Shown here in pieces: positions 35,085-44,354 of a stretch of 64,000 nucleotides of DNA; position 1 is the stretch's first letter, and the number at the start of each line of letters is the position of its first letter. Origin of the DNA: Candidatus Aenigmatarchaeota archaeon (GTDB lineage: Archaea; Aenigmatarchaeota; Aenigmatarchaeia; GW2011-AR5). The stretch covers positions 829 through 64,828 of the forward strand of contig JACPDL010000001.1 of the NCBI GenBank assembly GCA_016184005.1, read 5' to 3'. The notes beneath the pieces were generated by a model. It had not been told where the DNA came from, searched no databases, and worked only from the letters and a program-made list of their open reading frames with translations. The translations under genes were made by a program, and so were the position numbers.

Positions 35085-35780
35085 TTATTCGGTTCTATAG
35101 AGCATGCCAAATAATACTGCGCCTACACTACCCGTTATCGAGACAGCTAAAAGAAAACTATTCAGTGCTTGCTTATTCTGTAAATCTGAGAAGCTTCCAC
35201 TATAAGCATTTTCCCTAAGTTCAATCTGCCTGATTGCGGTATCTACGCCCTCCAAGTGCTTTCTAAACATTGAATTATCAGGAGATTTCGCGCTTTCTTT
35301 CCGTTCATTCGGCAAAGATTCTTGAACAACTTTCAGTCCAGACTCGATACCGGTTTCTTTACCCAACCTGTTTAGCGCTTCGCCTATCAATTCCTTTGCT
35401 TTGGCGGGATCGGGAAATTTGTCAGGTTCGGGCATAGTAGCGTACACAGCAGGTCCTGGTAAACTATTGTCCTCACTAAATACGTAACCGACACCTATTC
35501 CGCTACCGCCAGTGCCTGTATAAAGACCAAGTCCAGGATTGCCGCCCGGGTTAATTCCTAGGCCAACACCCACACCGCCGCTCCCTTTTTCATAAGTAAG
35601 TTCTTCTTTGGCTTTTGATAAAATTCCTCTTGTTTCTCTTAAAGTCAGGTATCTGGCATAATCACTGTTCCGGGCAAGCTGTCTCTCTACGGAAGCTAAA
35701 TTCCCAACCGCAACTGTTCCCGTACCTAAAGAAGCTGCTAAAGCAAGAGCCGAAACAGTTATTTTTGTTTTTCTATTCAT
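35085..35780 (-). CDS. Secreted or anchored hypothetical protein with a Gly-rich segment and a C-terminal TM helix
   Basis: It has an N-terminal signal-like segment KITVSALALAASLG, a GSGGVGVGLGINPGGNPGLGLYTGTGGSGIGVG tract, and a C-terminal hydrophobic helix followed by YRTE. Confidence 0.5.
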   Translation of the reverse strand: MNRKTKITVSALALAASLGTGTVAVGNLASVERQLARNSDYARYLTLRETRGILSKAKEELTYEKGSGGVGVGLGINPGGNPGLGLYTGTGGSGIGVGYVFSEDNSLPGPAVYATMPEPDKFPDPAKAKELIGEALNRLGKETGIESGLKVVQESLPNERKESAKSPDNSMFRKHLEGVDTAIRQIELRENAYSGSFSDLQNKQALNSFLLAVSITGSVGAVLFGMLYRTE

Positions 35781-35801
35781 GAAGAATCATCATTTTATGG
35801 A

Positions 35802-36098
35802 TTACGAAGTTGTTTTAATTCCCAAGAAATCAAAAAGAGCCTGTCCACGCAAATAAGGCCTGCCGTATTTCATACCAATTTCTTCAAATTGCTGAGTCTC
35901 TTCAGAAATGTTACAACCATGATATGTATAACCTAGAAAAATAATCCCGCTCGGGTTTTTAGCATACCAACCGACACACTCTCCGTCCTTGTATGCAAGC
36001 CGGTACAGTCCTCTCCCCGCAAGCAAATTTTCCCAGTCCCATTGTATCTGAAAACCGCTTTTTCGCAGTTCTCTACCCATTCTTAAACTGGTGAACAT
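35802..36098 (-). CDS. Hypothetical protein
   Basis: A 98-aa ORF downstream of tfb on the same strand, with no recognisable motif. Confidence 0.4.
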   Translation of the reverse strand: MFTSLRMGRELRKSGFQIQWDWENLLAGRGLYRLAYKDGECVGWYAKNPSGIIFLGYTYHGCNISEETQQFEEIGMKYGRPYLRGQALFDFLGIKTTS

Positions 36099-36102
36099 TC
36101 TA

Positions 36103-37035
36103 TCACGCAGTGGCTTCCTGCTCTTCTTCCTTGCTCTTCTTCTCGACTTCTTCTTCTATGTCAAGGGCCTCGGCCATTTCCTTGTACCTGTTTCTTATCG
36201 TGACTTCTGTAACGCCGACAACGTCCGCTACATCGCGCTGGGTTTTTCTTTCACCCTCAAGAACAGAAGCTATGTAAATTGCCGCAGCGGCGCAGCCCGT
36301 AGGGCCTTTTCCGCTTATCACGTCCTTTTCCTTTGCTACTTTGAGTATCTTAATTGCACGCATCTGGACGCGGTCGCTGAGTTTGAGCATTGAGGAGAAT
36401 CTTGGTATGTAACTCTCGGCGCGCGCAGGAAGTATTCTTATGTCGAGCTTTCTTGAGATGTAACGATAAGTTCTTCCAAGTTCGCGCTTGCCGATGCCGG
36501 ATGCCTGAGAAATCTCTGTAAGCGTTCTCGGTGTCTCGTATTCTCTTGCCAATGAGTAAACAAGTGCAGCTATGATGGATTCAATGCTTCTTCCCCTGAC
36601 CAAACCTTTCTGCAATGCCTTTTCATAAAGCTTTGCGACCTCTTCATGCAGGGTTTTAGGGAGACCCAGGAAAGAAACCAGTCTCTGCAGCTCGCTTAAA
36701 GCGAAAGACATGTTTCTGTCCTTGCTTGTGAGCAGCCTTTTCTGCCATTTTCTGATTCTGAAGAACTGGGAACGCTTTTTAGCAGGAACCTTGAAGAGCT
36801 CTGTTGCCCCCTTGCCTATCTCGGTAGTCAGTCCTTTGTCGTGCCTCTTGTGCGTAAGCGGCGCGCCTGTACGGGCACGCTTCACTTTCTGGTCATGATC
36901 AAAAGCACGCCAATCCTGCCCGGTGTCAACCATGCTCTCTTCTATTACAAGCCCGCATTTTGCGCAGACCTTTTCCGCCTTTTCAGGATCTTCATAGAAG
37001 TGCTTTGCACCGCACTCAGGACATTTGAACGTCAT
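36103..37035 (-). CDS. tfb: Transcription initiation factor B (TFB)
   Basis: It has the N-terminal zinc ribbon CPECGA...CAKCG and two cyclin-like repeats. Confidence 0.95.
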   Translation of the reverse strand: MTFKCPECGAKHFYEDPEKAEKVCAKCGLVIEESMVDTGQDWRAFDHDQKVKRARTGAPLTHKRHDKGLTTEIGKGATELFKVPAKKRSQFFRIRKWQKRLLTSKDRNMSFALSELQRLVSFLGLPKTLHEEVAKLYEKALQKGLVRGRSIESIIAALVYSLAREYETPRTLTEISQASGIGKRELGRTYRYISRKLDIRILPARAESYIPRFSSMLKLSDRVQMRAIKILKVAKEKDVISGKGPTGCAAAAIYIASVLEGERKTQRDVADVVGVTEVTIRNRYKEMAEALDIEEEVEKKSKEEEQEATA

Positions 37036-37057
37036 TTATTCACCAAACCGTAATGCA

Positions 37058-37078
37058 TCTAATTATATACTAAATATG
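37058..37078 (-). promoter_or_regulatory. Candidate TATA box for tfb
   Basis: The minus strand reads CATATTTAGTATATAATTAGA, centred about 33 nt upstream of the tfb ATG. Confidence 0.35.
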
Positions 37079-37188
37079 CCGCTTTAACCCACACCCAAAG
37101 GACAACGTTTATACGTTTTTCACTCCTATATAGGAACATCTGACCTCTAACAATAAACTTTTACTTTAGGGCGTAAAGTATTTAAGGT

Positions 37189-38211
37189 TTGTGGTTTTTT
37201 GAGGGTTTAAATATAAAAAGAGGTTGGTTTGTGAGGGATATCGTGCAATACCTGGCTTTGATAGCTGGCCTAGTGCTCATTATAGCCGTGATGGGCTTTT
37301 TCGGCCTTTCTGAGATAGCTGCGGTACTCCTAAACGCAAACTATGGCTATATTCTGATTGCGGTTGGCATCGAGATTGCCTTCCTGCTGCTTCTTGCCCT
37401 GCGGCTGAAGATCATCTCCAGCAGATTCAAGGCTTTGCCCTTCAAGGATGCTTTCAGCACCAATACCACGGGCATCTTCGTAGGCTTCCTCTCCCCGCTG
37501 GCCCGCATAGGAGGGGAGCCGGTAAAGATCTACCTTCTGAAAGACAAGATAGGCGCGACAAAATCCTCGGCGATAGTGGCTATTGATACCCTGGTTGAGG
37601 TATTCTCCCTGTATATAACGATAGCAGTGGCTGTCTCTCTGCTTTCCGGCAATATACCGCAGCCGCTGTTTTCTTCGCTTTTTGTCTTCCTCTTCCTTTC
37701 CATCTACGCCAGCATAATCTTCCTGAAGATATGCTCAGATAAGCGGTGGCTGGAAGGAATCATCAGATGGCTGTCGCGCTTCCGTCGTTTTTCAAAACTG
37801 AAGGAAAAGGACTATGCAGGCATGTTCCACTCATCCTTCCGCCTGCTCCTGACTGACAAGAAGATGCTGGTTGCTTCCTTCTCGATATCGATACTCACGA
37901 AAATTCTCGAGTTTCTGAGGCTCTGGATAATACTGCTGGCGCTCGGACAGCATGTGCCGCTGGACCTCATAGTACTTTTCTGGGCTTTCCTGCTCATTCT
38001 TTCAGCAATACCGTTTCTCCCGGGCGGCCTTGGGCTCATAGAAGGCGGCGGGACGCTTGCATTGGTGTGGATTGGCATAGAAAAGTCCGTTGCAGCATCA
38101 GCCGTGCTAATCGACAGGCTGGTTTCTTACTGGCTCGTGCTGCTGATAGGCCTTATCATCATCTGGAGAAGCAAGTACACTTACAGGTTTTTGAAGAAAT
38201 TGAAGAAATAA
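37189..38211 (+). CDS. Flippase-like (UPF0104 / lysyl-PG synthase TM region) membrane protein
   Basis: It is polytopic, and the LPGGLGLIEGG motif is characteristic of this family. Confidence 0.7.
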   Translation: MWFFEGLNIKRGWFVRDIVQYLALIAGLVLIIAVMGFFGLSEIAAVLLNANYGYILIAVGIEIAFLLLLALRLKIISSRFKALPFKDAFSTNTTGIFVGFLSPLARIGGEPVKIYLLKDKIGATKSSAIVAIDTLVEVFSLYITIAVAVSLLSGNIPQPLFSSLFVFLFLSIYASIIFLKICSDKRWLEGIIRWLSRFRRFSKLKEKDYAGMFHSSFRLLLTDKKMLVASFSISILTKILEFLRLWIILLALGQHVPLDLIVLFWAFLLILSAIPFLPGGLGLIEGGGTLALVWIGIEKSVAASAVLIDRLVSYWLVLLIGLIIIWRSKYTYRFLKKLKK

Positions 38212-38252
38212 GTGCATCAGGCCTTTTAATTCATTGGTCTGTAATGTATTGC

Positions 38253-38453
38253 ATGCTTCCGCTGCTTCCTTTTGAGAGGCTTGCAAAGAAGGCAGGCGTG
38301 AAAAGGATCTCCAAGGACGCGCTAGAGGAGCTGCGCGATATAGTCACCGAAGACATGGTGGAGGCGGCGGAAAAAGCGGTGAAAATATCAAGGCACGCCA
38401 ACAGAAGGACTGTGCTTAAGGAAGACGTCGTTTTTGTGAGGAAAACATATTAG
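38253..38453 (+). CDS. Archaeal histone
   Basis: MLPLLPFERLAKKAGVKRISKDALEELRDIV...RRTVLKEDV is a histone fold of about 66 aa. It is a sub-ORF of track ORF 38067..38453. An alternative ATG is at 38244. Confidence 0.85.
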   Translation: MLPLLPFERLAKKAGVKRISKDALEELRDIVTEDMVEAAEKAVKISRHANRRTVLKEDVVFVRKTY

Positions 38454-38461
38454 GTGCTTTA

Positions 38462-38854
38462 ATGGAGAAAAGACAGACAGAGATCAAGCAACTGCGCGTG
38501 AACGGCTTCATGCTGATAGACGACGTGCCTTGCGTCGTTGAAGACATACAGATTTCCAAGGCCGGCAAGCACGGCACGGCAAAGGCGAGGCTTTCTGCAA
38601 AAGGCGTGTTCGACAACCAGCGCAGGATCATAGTCAAGCCGGCCGGCGCGAACGCCGATGTGCCTATAATAGAAAAAAGAAGCATGCAGGTCGTGGCACT
38701 GACTTCCGACAACGTGCAGCTCATGGACATGGGAGACTACTCGATGACAGAAACGCGCATACCCGAAGACTTCAAAGGCAAGCTAGTGGAAGGCGAAGAA
38801 GTCCTTGTCTGGAAATGGGGCACCAACTTACTGATAAAAGGGAAGAAAGGGTAA
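38462..38854 (+). CDS. eif5a: Translation initiation factor 5A (aIF5A)
   Basis: The hypusine loop is SKAGKHGTAKAR, and the length is 130 aa. Confidence 0.95.
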   Translation: MEKRQTEIKQLRVNGFMLIDDVPCVVEDIQISKAGKHGTAKARLSAKGVFDNQRRIIVKPAGANADVPIIEKRSMQVVALTSDNVQLMDMGDYSMTETRIPEDFKGKLVEGEEVLVWKWGTNLLIKGKKG

Positions 38855-38943
38855 TAAGTCGAGAACATCCTTGCTCAGAGAAGCATAGCTTCTCTGGCAC
38901 GTCAGAAAGCGAAGCTTTCTGCACGTATCAACCTTCTCTCCTA
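38855..38943 (+). repeat. Family-2 composite element directly after the eif5a stop codon
   Basis: TAAGTCGAGAACATCCTT + CAGAGAAGCataGCTTCTCTG + CAGAAAGCgaaGCTTTCTG + cacGTATCAACCTTCTCTCCTAA. Confidence 0.85.
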
Positions 38944-39056
38944 AATAAAAATATTACTTAAGAAAAGATTGCAAGAAGAAATGTAAAGAAACGGTCTTTG
39001 AATTTTCTTTTTGGACATACAAAGACTTTTTCTTTCCTAAAGAAAAAGGATTTGTT

Positions 39057-40097
39057 ATGAAGTTGATCGTCGGCATTGATCCGGGCATAACAGCCGCTGT
39101 TGCTTTTCTTGACGCTGAGACCGATTTCTACATAACTATTAGCAGGAGAAACTTCTCGTTCAGCGAAATATGCGAAACAATAGCCGAACGCGGCGATCCG
39201 ATAATCGTTGCTGCTGACACGCAGCACGAGCCGCAGATGCTGAGAAAGATATCCAGCACTTTCGGCTGCAGGCTGCACGTGCCAAAGAAGGACATGATGG
39301 TCGGGGAAAAGAAACTAATTACTGAAGGCTTTGGTTACCACAACGACCACGAAAGGGATGCACTTGCATCTGCGATACACGCCAAACAGGAATTCCGGCC
39401 CCTTTTTGACAAGATAGATTCCTACCTCGAAAAGAAGGGCATGAAAAGACTTTCGCCTGACGTAAAAGAACTGCTTGTGAAAGGCGAAGCTGCAAACATA
39501 GAACAGGCGGTGAAGATGCTGACAAGCGAGGAAAGAAAGGAGACAAGGGTTATTTCGAGGATAATAGAATCAAAGAAAGTGCTTGAACTCAGGCAAAAAA
39601 TACACCAGCTGGAAAAGGGAAAAAGCATACTTGAAGACTATGCGAAACACCTGGAAGGCGAAAACAAATTTCTGAAAAGATTAGAGCCAAAGAGATCATG
39701 GAACAAAGAACCAAAGATACGCATACTCGAAGAAGCTTTGTCTGGATTGAGAAAAGAGAGAGAACGCCTAAAAAACGAAATGGAAAGTTACAAAAACCTG
39801 ATCGGGAAAGACATTGAATTGGTGCATGTGTACGAGGAAGGCGGGGATTTTTCCGGAAAAATTGTCCTTGCAGAGAATAAGTTCAACCGGCGCGCGCTGG
39901 AGAAGCAGAATCCCAAAGCCATTATTTGTGACACGGCATTCCCGGCAGAAATTCCGATTATACCAAGGGATAAGGTTAAAATACACGCCATCGGCAATGT
40001 TTTAGTAGTGGACAAGCATGAGCTGGAGAAAGGCCTTCAGGAGTCTTTTATCGTCTGGCTCAAAGCCTACAAGGAAAGGCGGGCGGTACAGGAATAA
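39057..40097 (+). CDS. DUF460-like archaeal protein (RNase H-fold N-terminus plus a coiled coil)
   Basis: MKLIVGIDPGITAAVAFLD... and HERDALASA are RuvC/RNase H-like acidic motifs as seen in DUF460. Confidence 0.6.
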   Translation: MKLIVGIDPGITAAVAFLDAETDFYITISRRNFSFSEICETIAERGDPIIVAADTQHEPQMLRKISSTFGCRLHVPKKDMMVGEKKLITEGFGYHNDHERDALASAIHAKQEFRPLFDKIDSYLEKKGMKRLSPDVKELLVKGEAANIEQAVKMLTSEERKETRVISRIIESKKVLELRQKIHQLEKGKSILEDYAKHLEGENKFLKRLEPKRSWNKEPKIRILEEALSGLRKERERLKNEMESYKNLIGKDIELVHVYEEGGDFSGKIVLAENKFNRRALEKQNPKAIICDTAFPAEIPIIPRDKVKIHAIGNVLVVDKHELEKGLQESFIVWLKAYKERRAVQE

Positions 40098-40599
40098 TCC
40101 AAAAGAACTCAATGCAAGGCTCCTGGCAGTCCTGAAATTCCTTCTGAAATTCAACATTTTTGCAATACCCCTCTATCTCATTATATTGTCAGGCTACCAG
40201 GCGGAAGGCCTTATAACAGCCACGGCAGACATTGTCGAGCAGCTTCTTTCACTAACAGGCACAAGCTTTGAACGCACGGGGCTGATATTTTCCGTCCCTG
40301 TCGATAACGGAAACTGGGGGGCTGTTATAAACTGGGACTGCGTAGGCTGGAAGTCATTGCTTGCTATATTTGCACTGGTCATGGCAACAGATTACCCTAT
40401 GAGGAAAAAGCTGAAAGGACTGGCAGTCTTATTGCCGGCTGTCTATATAGCCAATATCCTCAGGATTGTATTCCTGATATGGTATGTTGCAGCATATGAC
40501 ATCGCTTATTTCTCGATCGTGCATGCTGTCTTATGGAGCTGGGGGCTTGCCTTGCTCATACTGGGTTCCTGGGTCTTGTGGCTCAAGAGTGTGAGATAA
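40018..40599 (+). CDS. Archaeosortase/exosortase-family membrane protein
   Basis: It is polytopic, and NWDCVGWKS carries the conserved Cys of the family. The start is uncertain because the ORF overlaps the upstream gene by 80 nt. Confidence 0.65.
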   Translation: MSWRKAFRSLLSSGSKPTRKGGRYRNNPKELNARLLAVLKFLLKFNIFAIPLYLIILSGYQAEGLITATADIVEQLLSLTGTSFERTGLIFSVPVDNGNWGAVINWDCVGWKSLLAIFALVMATDYPMRKKLKGLAVLLPAVYIANILRIVFLIWYVAAYDIAYFSIVHAVLWSWGLALLILGSWVLWLKSVR

Positions 40600-40610
40600 T
40601 CTTAATACAA

Positions 40611-40730
40611 GGAGAATACCACTGTTTTCAAACAGTGTTATTATAATGGTATTCTCCGGTATAAAAGAATCCACAAATAAGATACGTGGTATTTCTCCGA
40701 AATACCACCATTTTAGATGGTGGATTCTTT
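40611..40730 (+). repeat. Two adjacent nested hairpins after the archaeosortase stop codon
   Basis: GGAGAATACCA[CACTGTTTtcAAACAGTG]...TGGTATTCTCC, followed by AAAGAATCCAC...[GTGGTATTTctccgAAATACCAC]...GTGGATTCTTT. Confidence 0.75.
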
Positions 40731-40767
40731 TTATATACAGCCTGAAATAAGATAATTTAGTGGTACC

Positions 40768-41313
40768 ATGGCAGACGCCGAAAAGATAGACCAGCGGCTC
40801 AGCAAGCTCGAAGACCGGATAAAAGATAATTTTCTTGATATAGAAAAGAAGTTCCAGAAGATTGAAGGTTTCCTGGGAGAAAGAGAGACAGGGGACGTTG
40901 AGGTTGTTGAGGGGAAGGAAAAAATAACCAACATGAAGGAGCTTACAGACAGGATACAGGAACTCGAGGACCTGCTGCTTCTTATCGAGATGGAAAACAC
41001 CAAGATAAAGGAAAAGATAGTCGGGAGTGCCAACATAGAGACGCCTGTTGACGTATTGACAAGGATTCAGAAGCTTGAAGAAAAGGTGGCTGTTACAAGG
41101 GAAATAACCACAGAAGGGCTGGAAAAGAAGATAGGCGAGATTGATGAATACATCAGCAAGGAAATGGCAGAGTTTGACAAAAGGCTTGCAAGGATTGAAG
41201 ACAGTGCTCCTCATGAAATGCCAAGAACCGTAGGAATGATGGTTGAAAAGCCGCCTGAAGGTTATAAGCGAAGCAACCTTCTTGAAGAGGTCCAAAAGAT
41301 TCTGGAAGAATAA
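40768..41313 (+). CDS. Coiled-coil protein
   Basis: It contains repeated (I/L)xx(L/I)E(D/E)x(I/L/V) units such as LSKLEDRI, IQELEDLL and IQKLEEKV. Confidence 0.65.
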   Translation: MADAEKIDQRLSKLEDRIKDNFLDIEKKFQKIEGFLGERETGDVEVVEGKEKITNMKELTDRIQELEDLLLLIEMENTKIKEKIVGSANIETPVDVLTRIQKLEEKVAVTREITTEGLEKKIGEIDEYISKEMAEFDKRLARIEDSAPHEMPRTVGMMVEKPPEGYKRSNLLEEVQKILEE

Positions 41314-41315
41314 CT

Positions 41316-42830
41316 ATGACGCAGCCCAATGAAGTCGAGGAAGTTGTAAAAGCTATAGCTGTTCATGTAAAGACCGAGCTGAGAACGGCGAAGGACGAGA
41401 TAAACAGGGTAAATGAAAGGATAGAAAGGCGGTCAAAAGACATTGAAGACAAGATACAGCTCCTTGAAAACAAGATTCTCACTGACAAAACTGCTGCTCC
41501 GAAAGATATCGTCAGCAAAATATCTGAGTTAGAGAAGAAACTTGCAGCAACGCATACTGCTTCCGATACGGAAAGAATGCTGGACGAGAAGATCAGCAGA
41601 AAACTAAAAGAAATCGAAGATAGATCTTCTGCATCAAAATCCGATACTGATATTTCTGATGAGCTTGCAGATTTACGTAGCAGGATAGAATCTATGAAAA
41701 CTTCAACGGGCGTTAGCTTGTCTGCCCTAGAAAAAAAGATTTCTTCAGGAGGCAGCAAAAACGCGCAAAACATAGAAAGCAAGATAGAAACCCTGGAGGC
41801 GGCACTGAATAACCTGCAGAAATCTCAGCAGGAACTCAGGAAAGAATCTGCGGCGCTGGTTTCCATAAAGAAAAAACTGCAGGATATAAGCGGGAAGCAT
41901 GAAATTCCATCTGTTATTATTGACAAGCTGGCAGAATTTGAGAACAGGGTTTCCAGCGTCAGTGAAACAGTAAATGCAGATTTAGGTAAGATATCAGGGC
42001 TTGAAAGCAAAGTTATGTCAATTCCTGAGGAACTGGAAAGCAGACTTGACGAGAAACTGAATGAAAGATTAAGTGAAATTCGCAGTGAAATAAGCCAGAA
42101 ACCAAGCAATCAGGACCCTGACGGGCTTGCAGATATACGCAGCCAGATAGAGGATATAAAGAATTCAAATGATGAAAAGCTGGCGTCTTTCAAGAATTCA
42201 AATGATGAAAATCTGGCGTCTTTGGAGAGCAAACTAGCCAACGAAATGCAGAGACTTGAAGAGGACATGAAGCACCCCGCTGGCGTAGATGACAGAACGA
42301 ACGAAATGGTCAACAAGCTTGAAAAAATGCATACAGAACTCGAGAAGAGGCTGGCTGATAATGCAAAAACAGAATTACCCGATATGGGCAAACGGATTGA
42401 GTTTCTTGAAGGTGAAATGAAAAACTTGCAGAAATCAGAGAAGCGGACGGAAGAAGAAGATGTTATCATATCTTCTATCGACAAAAAGATGAGCGACCTG
42501 GAGATGTTCGCTAAGGATACACAGGCTAATATGGGGTATATAAAAAGCGTTGAAGGCAAGCTCGATAAGGCTATTGATGCGAAAGCCACGAGAATATTCA
42601 CAAAACAGCTTGAAGACCTGTCGCGCATTATGGACAAGAGATATCCGTCACTGGTTACACGCGATGATCTGCAAAAGTCTATTTCTGAAATCAAAAGGCA
42701 GCTTGAGGCAGTAGAATCTCCTAACATTGCAGCGCTTGCCGAACAGGTAGATTACCTTGAAAAGAAAGTGGAAGCAACATACAACATGCTGAAAAACATC
42801 TCCAACAGGATACCTGTGATAGTTGAGTAA
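41316..42830 (+). CDS. Long coiled-coil protein (504 aa), related in motif content to 40768..41313
   Basis: Its units include ISELEKKL, IETLEAAL, LAEFENRV and VDYLEKKV. It has an internal near-duplicate, IKNSNDEKLASFKNSNDENLASLESKL. Confidence 0.7.
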   Translation: MTQPNEVEEVVKAIAVHVKTELRTAKDEINRVNERIERRSKDIEDKIQLLENKILTDKTAAPKDIVSKISELEKKLAATHTASDTERMLDEKISRKLKEIEDRSSASKSDTDISDELADLRSRIESMKTSTGVSLSALEKKISSGGSKNAQNIESKIETLEAALNNLQKSQQELRKESAALVSIKKKLQDISGKHEIPSVIIDKLAEFENRVSSVSETVNADLGKISGLESKVMSIPEELESRLDEKLNERLSEIRSEISQKPSNQDPDGLADIRSQIEDIKNSNDEKLASFKNSNDENLASLESKLANEMQRLEEDMKHPAGVDDRTNEMVNKLEKMHTELEKRLADNAKTELPDMGKRIEFLEGEMKNLQKSEKRTEEEDVIISSIDKKMSDLEMFAKDTQANMGYIKSVEGKLDKAIDAKATRIFTKQLEDLSRIMDKRYPSLVTRDDLQKSISEIKRQLEAVESPNIAALAEQVDYLEKKVEATYNMLKNISNRIPVIVE

Positions 42831-42859
42831 TCTTATAAGGATTGGTTCTATCTCTTACT

Positions 42860-43156
42860 ATGGATTACCAGCAGCTAACCGAAGAAGCTCAAGCAAGAAT
42901 GGTTGTAGCGAGAGCTGCTTTCGATGGCGTTAAAGATCACTATAGGGGTTTAAGGAGATTTAAAAAAAATATTGGACAAGAAGATCTTGATGTGCTTAAT
43001 TCGTGTTCAGTGCTTCTCTTACCTCTGAGTGTCGCTGACGGCGACACGTCAATACGTTATGCTGCTGCAGACATGATAATGGAAATAGGAATTTATCAGG
43101 CCAGGTTTAGGAATACAGGGGTTAAAGCTTATAGAGTCCCTGCAGGCTGGGAATGA
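42860..43156 (+). CDS. Hypothetical protein
   Basis: This is the ATG-started sub-ORF of track ORF 42842..43156. No motif is recognisable. Confidence 0.4.
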   Translation: MDYQQLTEEAQARMVVARAAFDGVKDHYRGLRRFKKNIGQEDLDVLNSCSVLLLPLSVADGDTSIRYAAADMIMEIGIYQARFRNTGVKAYRVPAGWE

Positions 43157-43186
43157 TATAAAACCTTTCTTTTCTGAATATATTTC

Positions 43187-43933
43187 ATGACAGGCAAGAT
43201 TGAGAAGCAGCTGCTGAAGAAACTTTCAAAGCGAAAGCTGCACTTCTCTTTGATAGACCCGGATCCGCAGAAAGTTTCCCTGAAGTCAGTGGAAGAAACG
43301 GCAAGGGCACTTGAAAGATTCGGTACAGATGCCATACTCGTAGGCGGCTCGACCAGGGTGACGGAAGACGTACTTGACGAGGCCATAATAGCAATAAAAA
43401 AACACTGTTCGGCACCGGTTATACTCTTTCCGGGCAATGCAGACGGCCTGTCTAAGCACGCAGATGCAATATTGTTCATGTCTTTGATGAATTCACAAGA
43501 TGCATTGTGGATCAGCGGCCTGCAGGCGATGGGCGCGCCGCTTGTTAAGAAATTCAAGATAGAAACCCTGCCCACAGCTTACCTCATTGTTGAACCCGGG
43601 ATGAAGGCAGGCGAAGTTGGAAAAGCAAAACCACTGAAAAATAAAAACCCCGGGGAAGCGGCCGCATACGCGCTGGCGGCACAGTACTTTGGAATGCGGT
43701 TTGTTTACTTGGAAGCAGGCTCCGGAGCACCGCAGCATGTCAGCGAGAGCCTGATAAGTGCTGTGAAGAAAACCATAGATATCTCGCTGATTGTAGGCGG
43801 CGGCATAAGAAGCGCAGGAACAGCGAAGAAAGTGCTTAAAGCAGGAGCAGACATAATTGTGACGGGCACAGTGCTTGAGAAGAATATCGCCGCTGCCGAA
43901 GGCATAATCAGGACAGTACACAGTTTTAGGTGA
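43187..43933 (+). CDS. Geranylgeranylglyceryl phosphate synthase (PcrB/GGGPS family)
   Basis: It has the TIM-barrel pattern with YLEAGSGA and IVGGGIRS. Confidence 0.9.
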   Translation: MTGKIEKQLLKKLSKRKLHFSLIDPDPQKVSLKSVEETARALERFGTDAILVGGSTRVTEDVLDEAIIAIKKHCSAPVILFPGNADGLSKHADAILFMSLMNSQDALWISGLQAMGAPLVKKFKIETLPTAYLIVEPGMKAGEVGKAKPLKNKNPGEAAAYALAAQYFGMRFVYLEAGSGAPQHVSESLISAVKKTIDISLIVGGGIRSAGTAKKVLKAGADIIVTGTVLEKNIAAAEGIIRTVHSFR

Positions 43934-43937
43934 GTAT

Positions 43938-44354
43938 GTGAAGATAGATTATGATCTGCTTGTTAGAGAAGCAATAAAATCTTTGGGCTGTTTCTACGGT
44001 CCTGATACAAATTCAAGATATATTTATGGTTCTGCAGTATTGACAGATAAAGGAAACGTTTATTCTGCAAGCAACTATTCATCAGATACGGCTTCTTTGA
44101 CGCTGCATGCAGAACAGGCAGCCTTGTCACATGCAGCTTCCCATAATGATGCTAGAATTGTCGCTATAGCAATGGTAGGAAAAGAAGATCCAAAGGGAGA
44201 AAAATTATGCCATCCTTGCGGAATATGCAAACAGCTTATATGGGAAAATTCATTGAAATCCGGGATAAAAGTAAAGGTTGTAATGGCTAATCTAAAAGGG
44301 CGATATACTGTAAAAGACATAAAAAAACTTGTCCCGTATCCGTGGCCTGATTAA
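43938..44354 (+). CDS. cdd: Cytidine deaminase
   Basis: Zinc motifs HAEQAAL and CHPCGICKQ. It uses a GTG start. Confidence 0.85.
   Translation: MKIDYDLLVREAIKSLGCFYGPDTNSRYIYGSAVLTDKGNVYSASNYSSDTASLTLHAEQAALSHAASHNDARIVAIAMVGKEDPKGEKLCHPCGICKQLIWENSLKSGIKVKVVMANLKGRYTVKDIKKLVPYPWPD

Noticed and set aside
40531-41295. A 254-aa minus-strand ORF, with similar long antisense ORFs at 41363..41782, 41825..42109 and 42110..42727.
   Set aside because: They lie antisense to the strongly periodic coiled-coil genes. Their translations are low-complexity (S/F/L-rich) shadows with no start context. The plus-strand genes have the coherent heptad structure.
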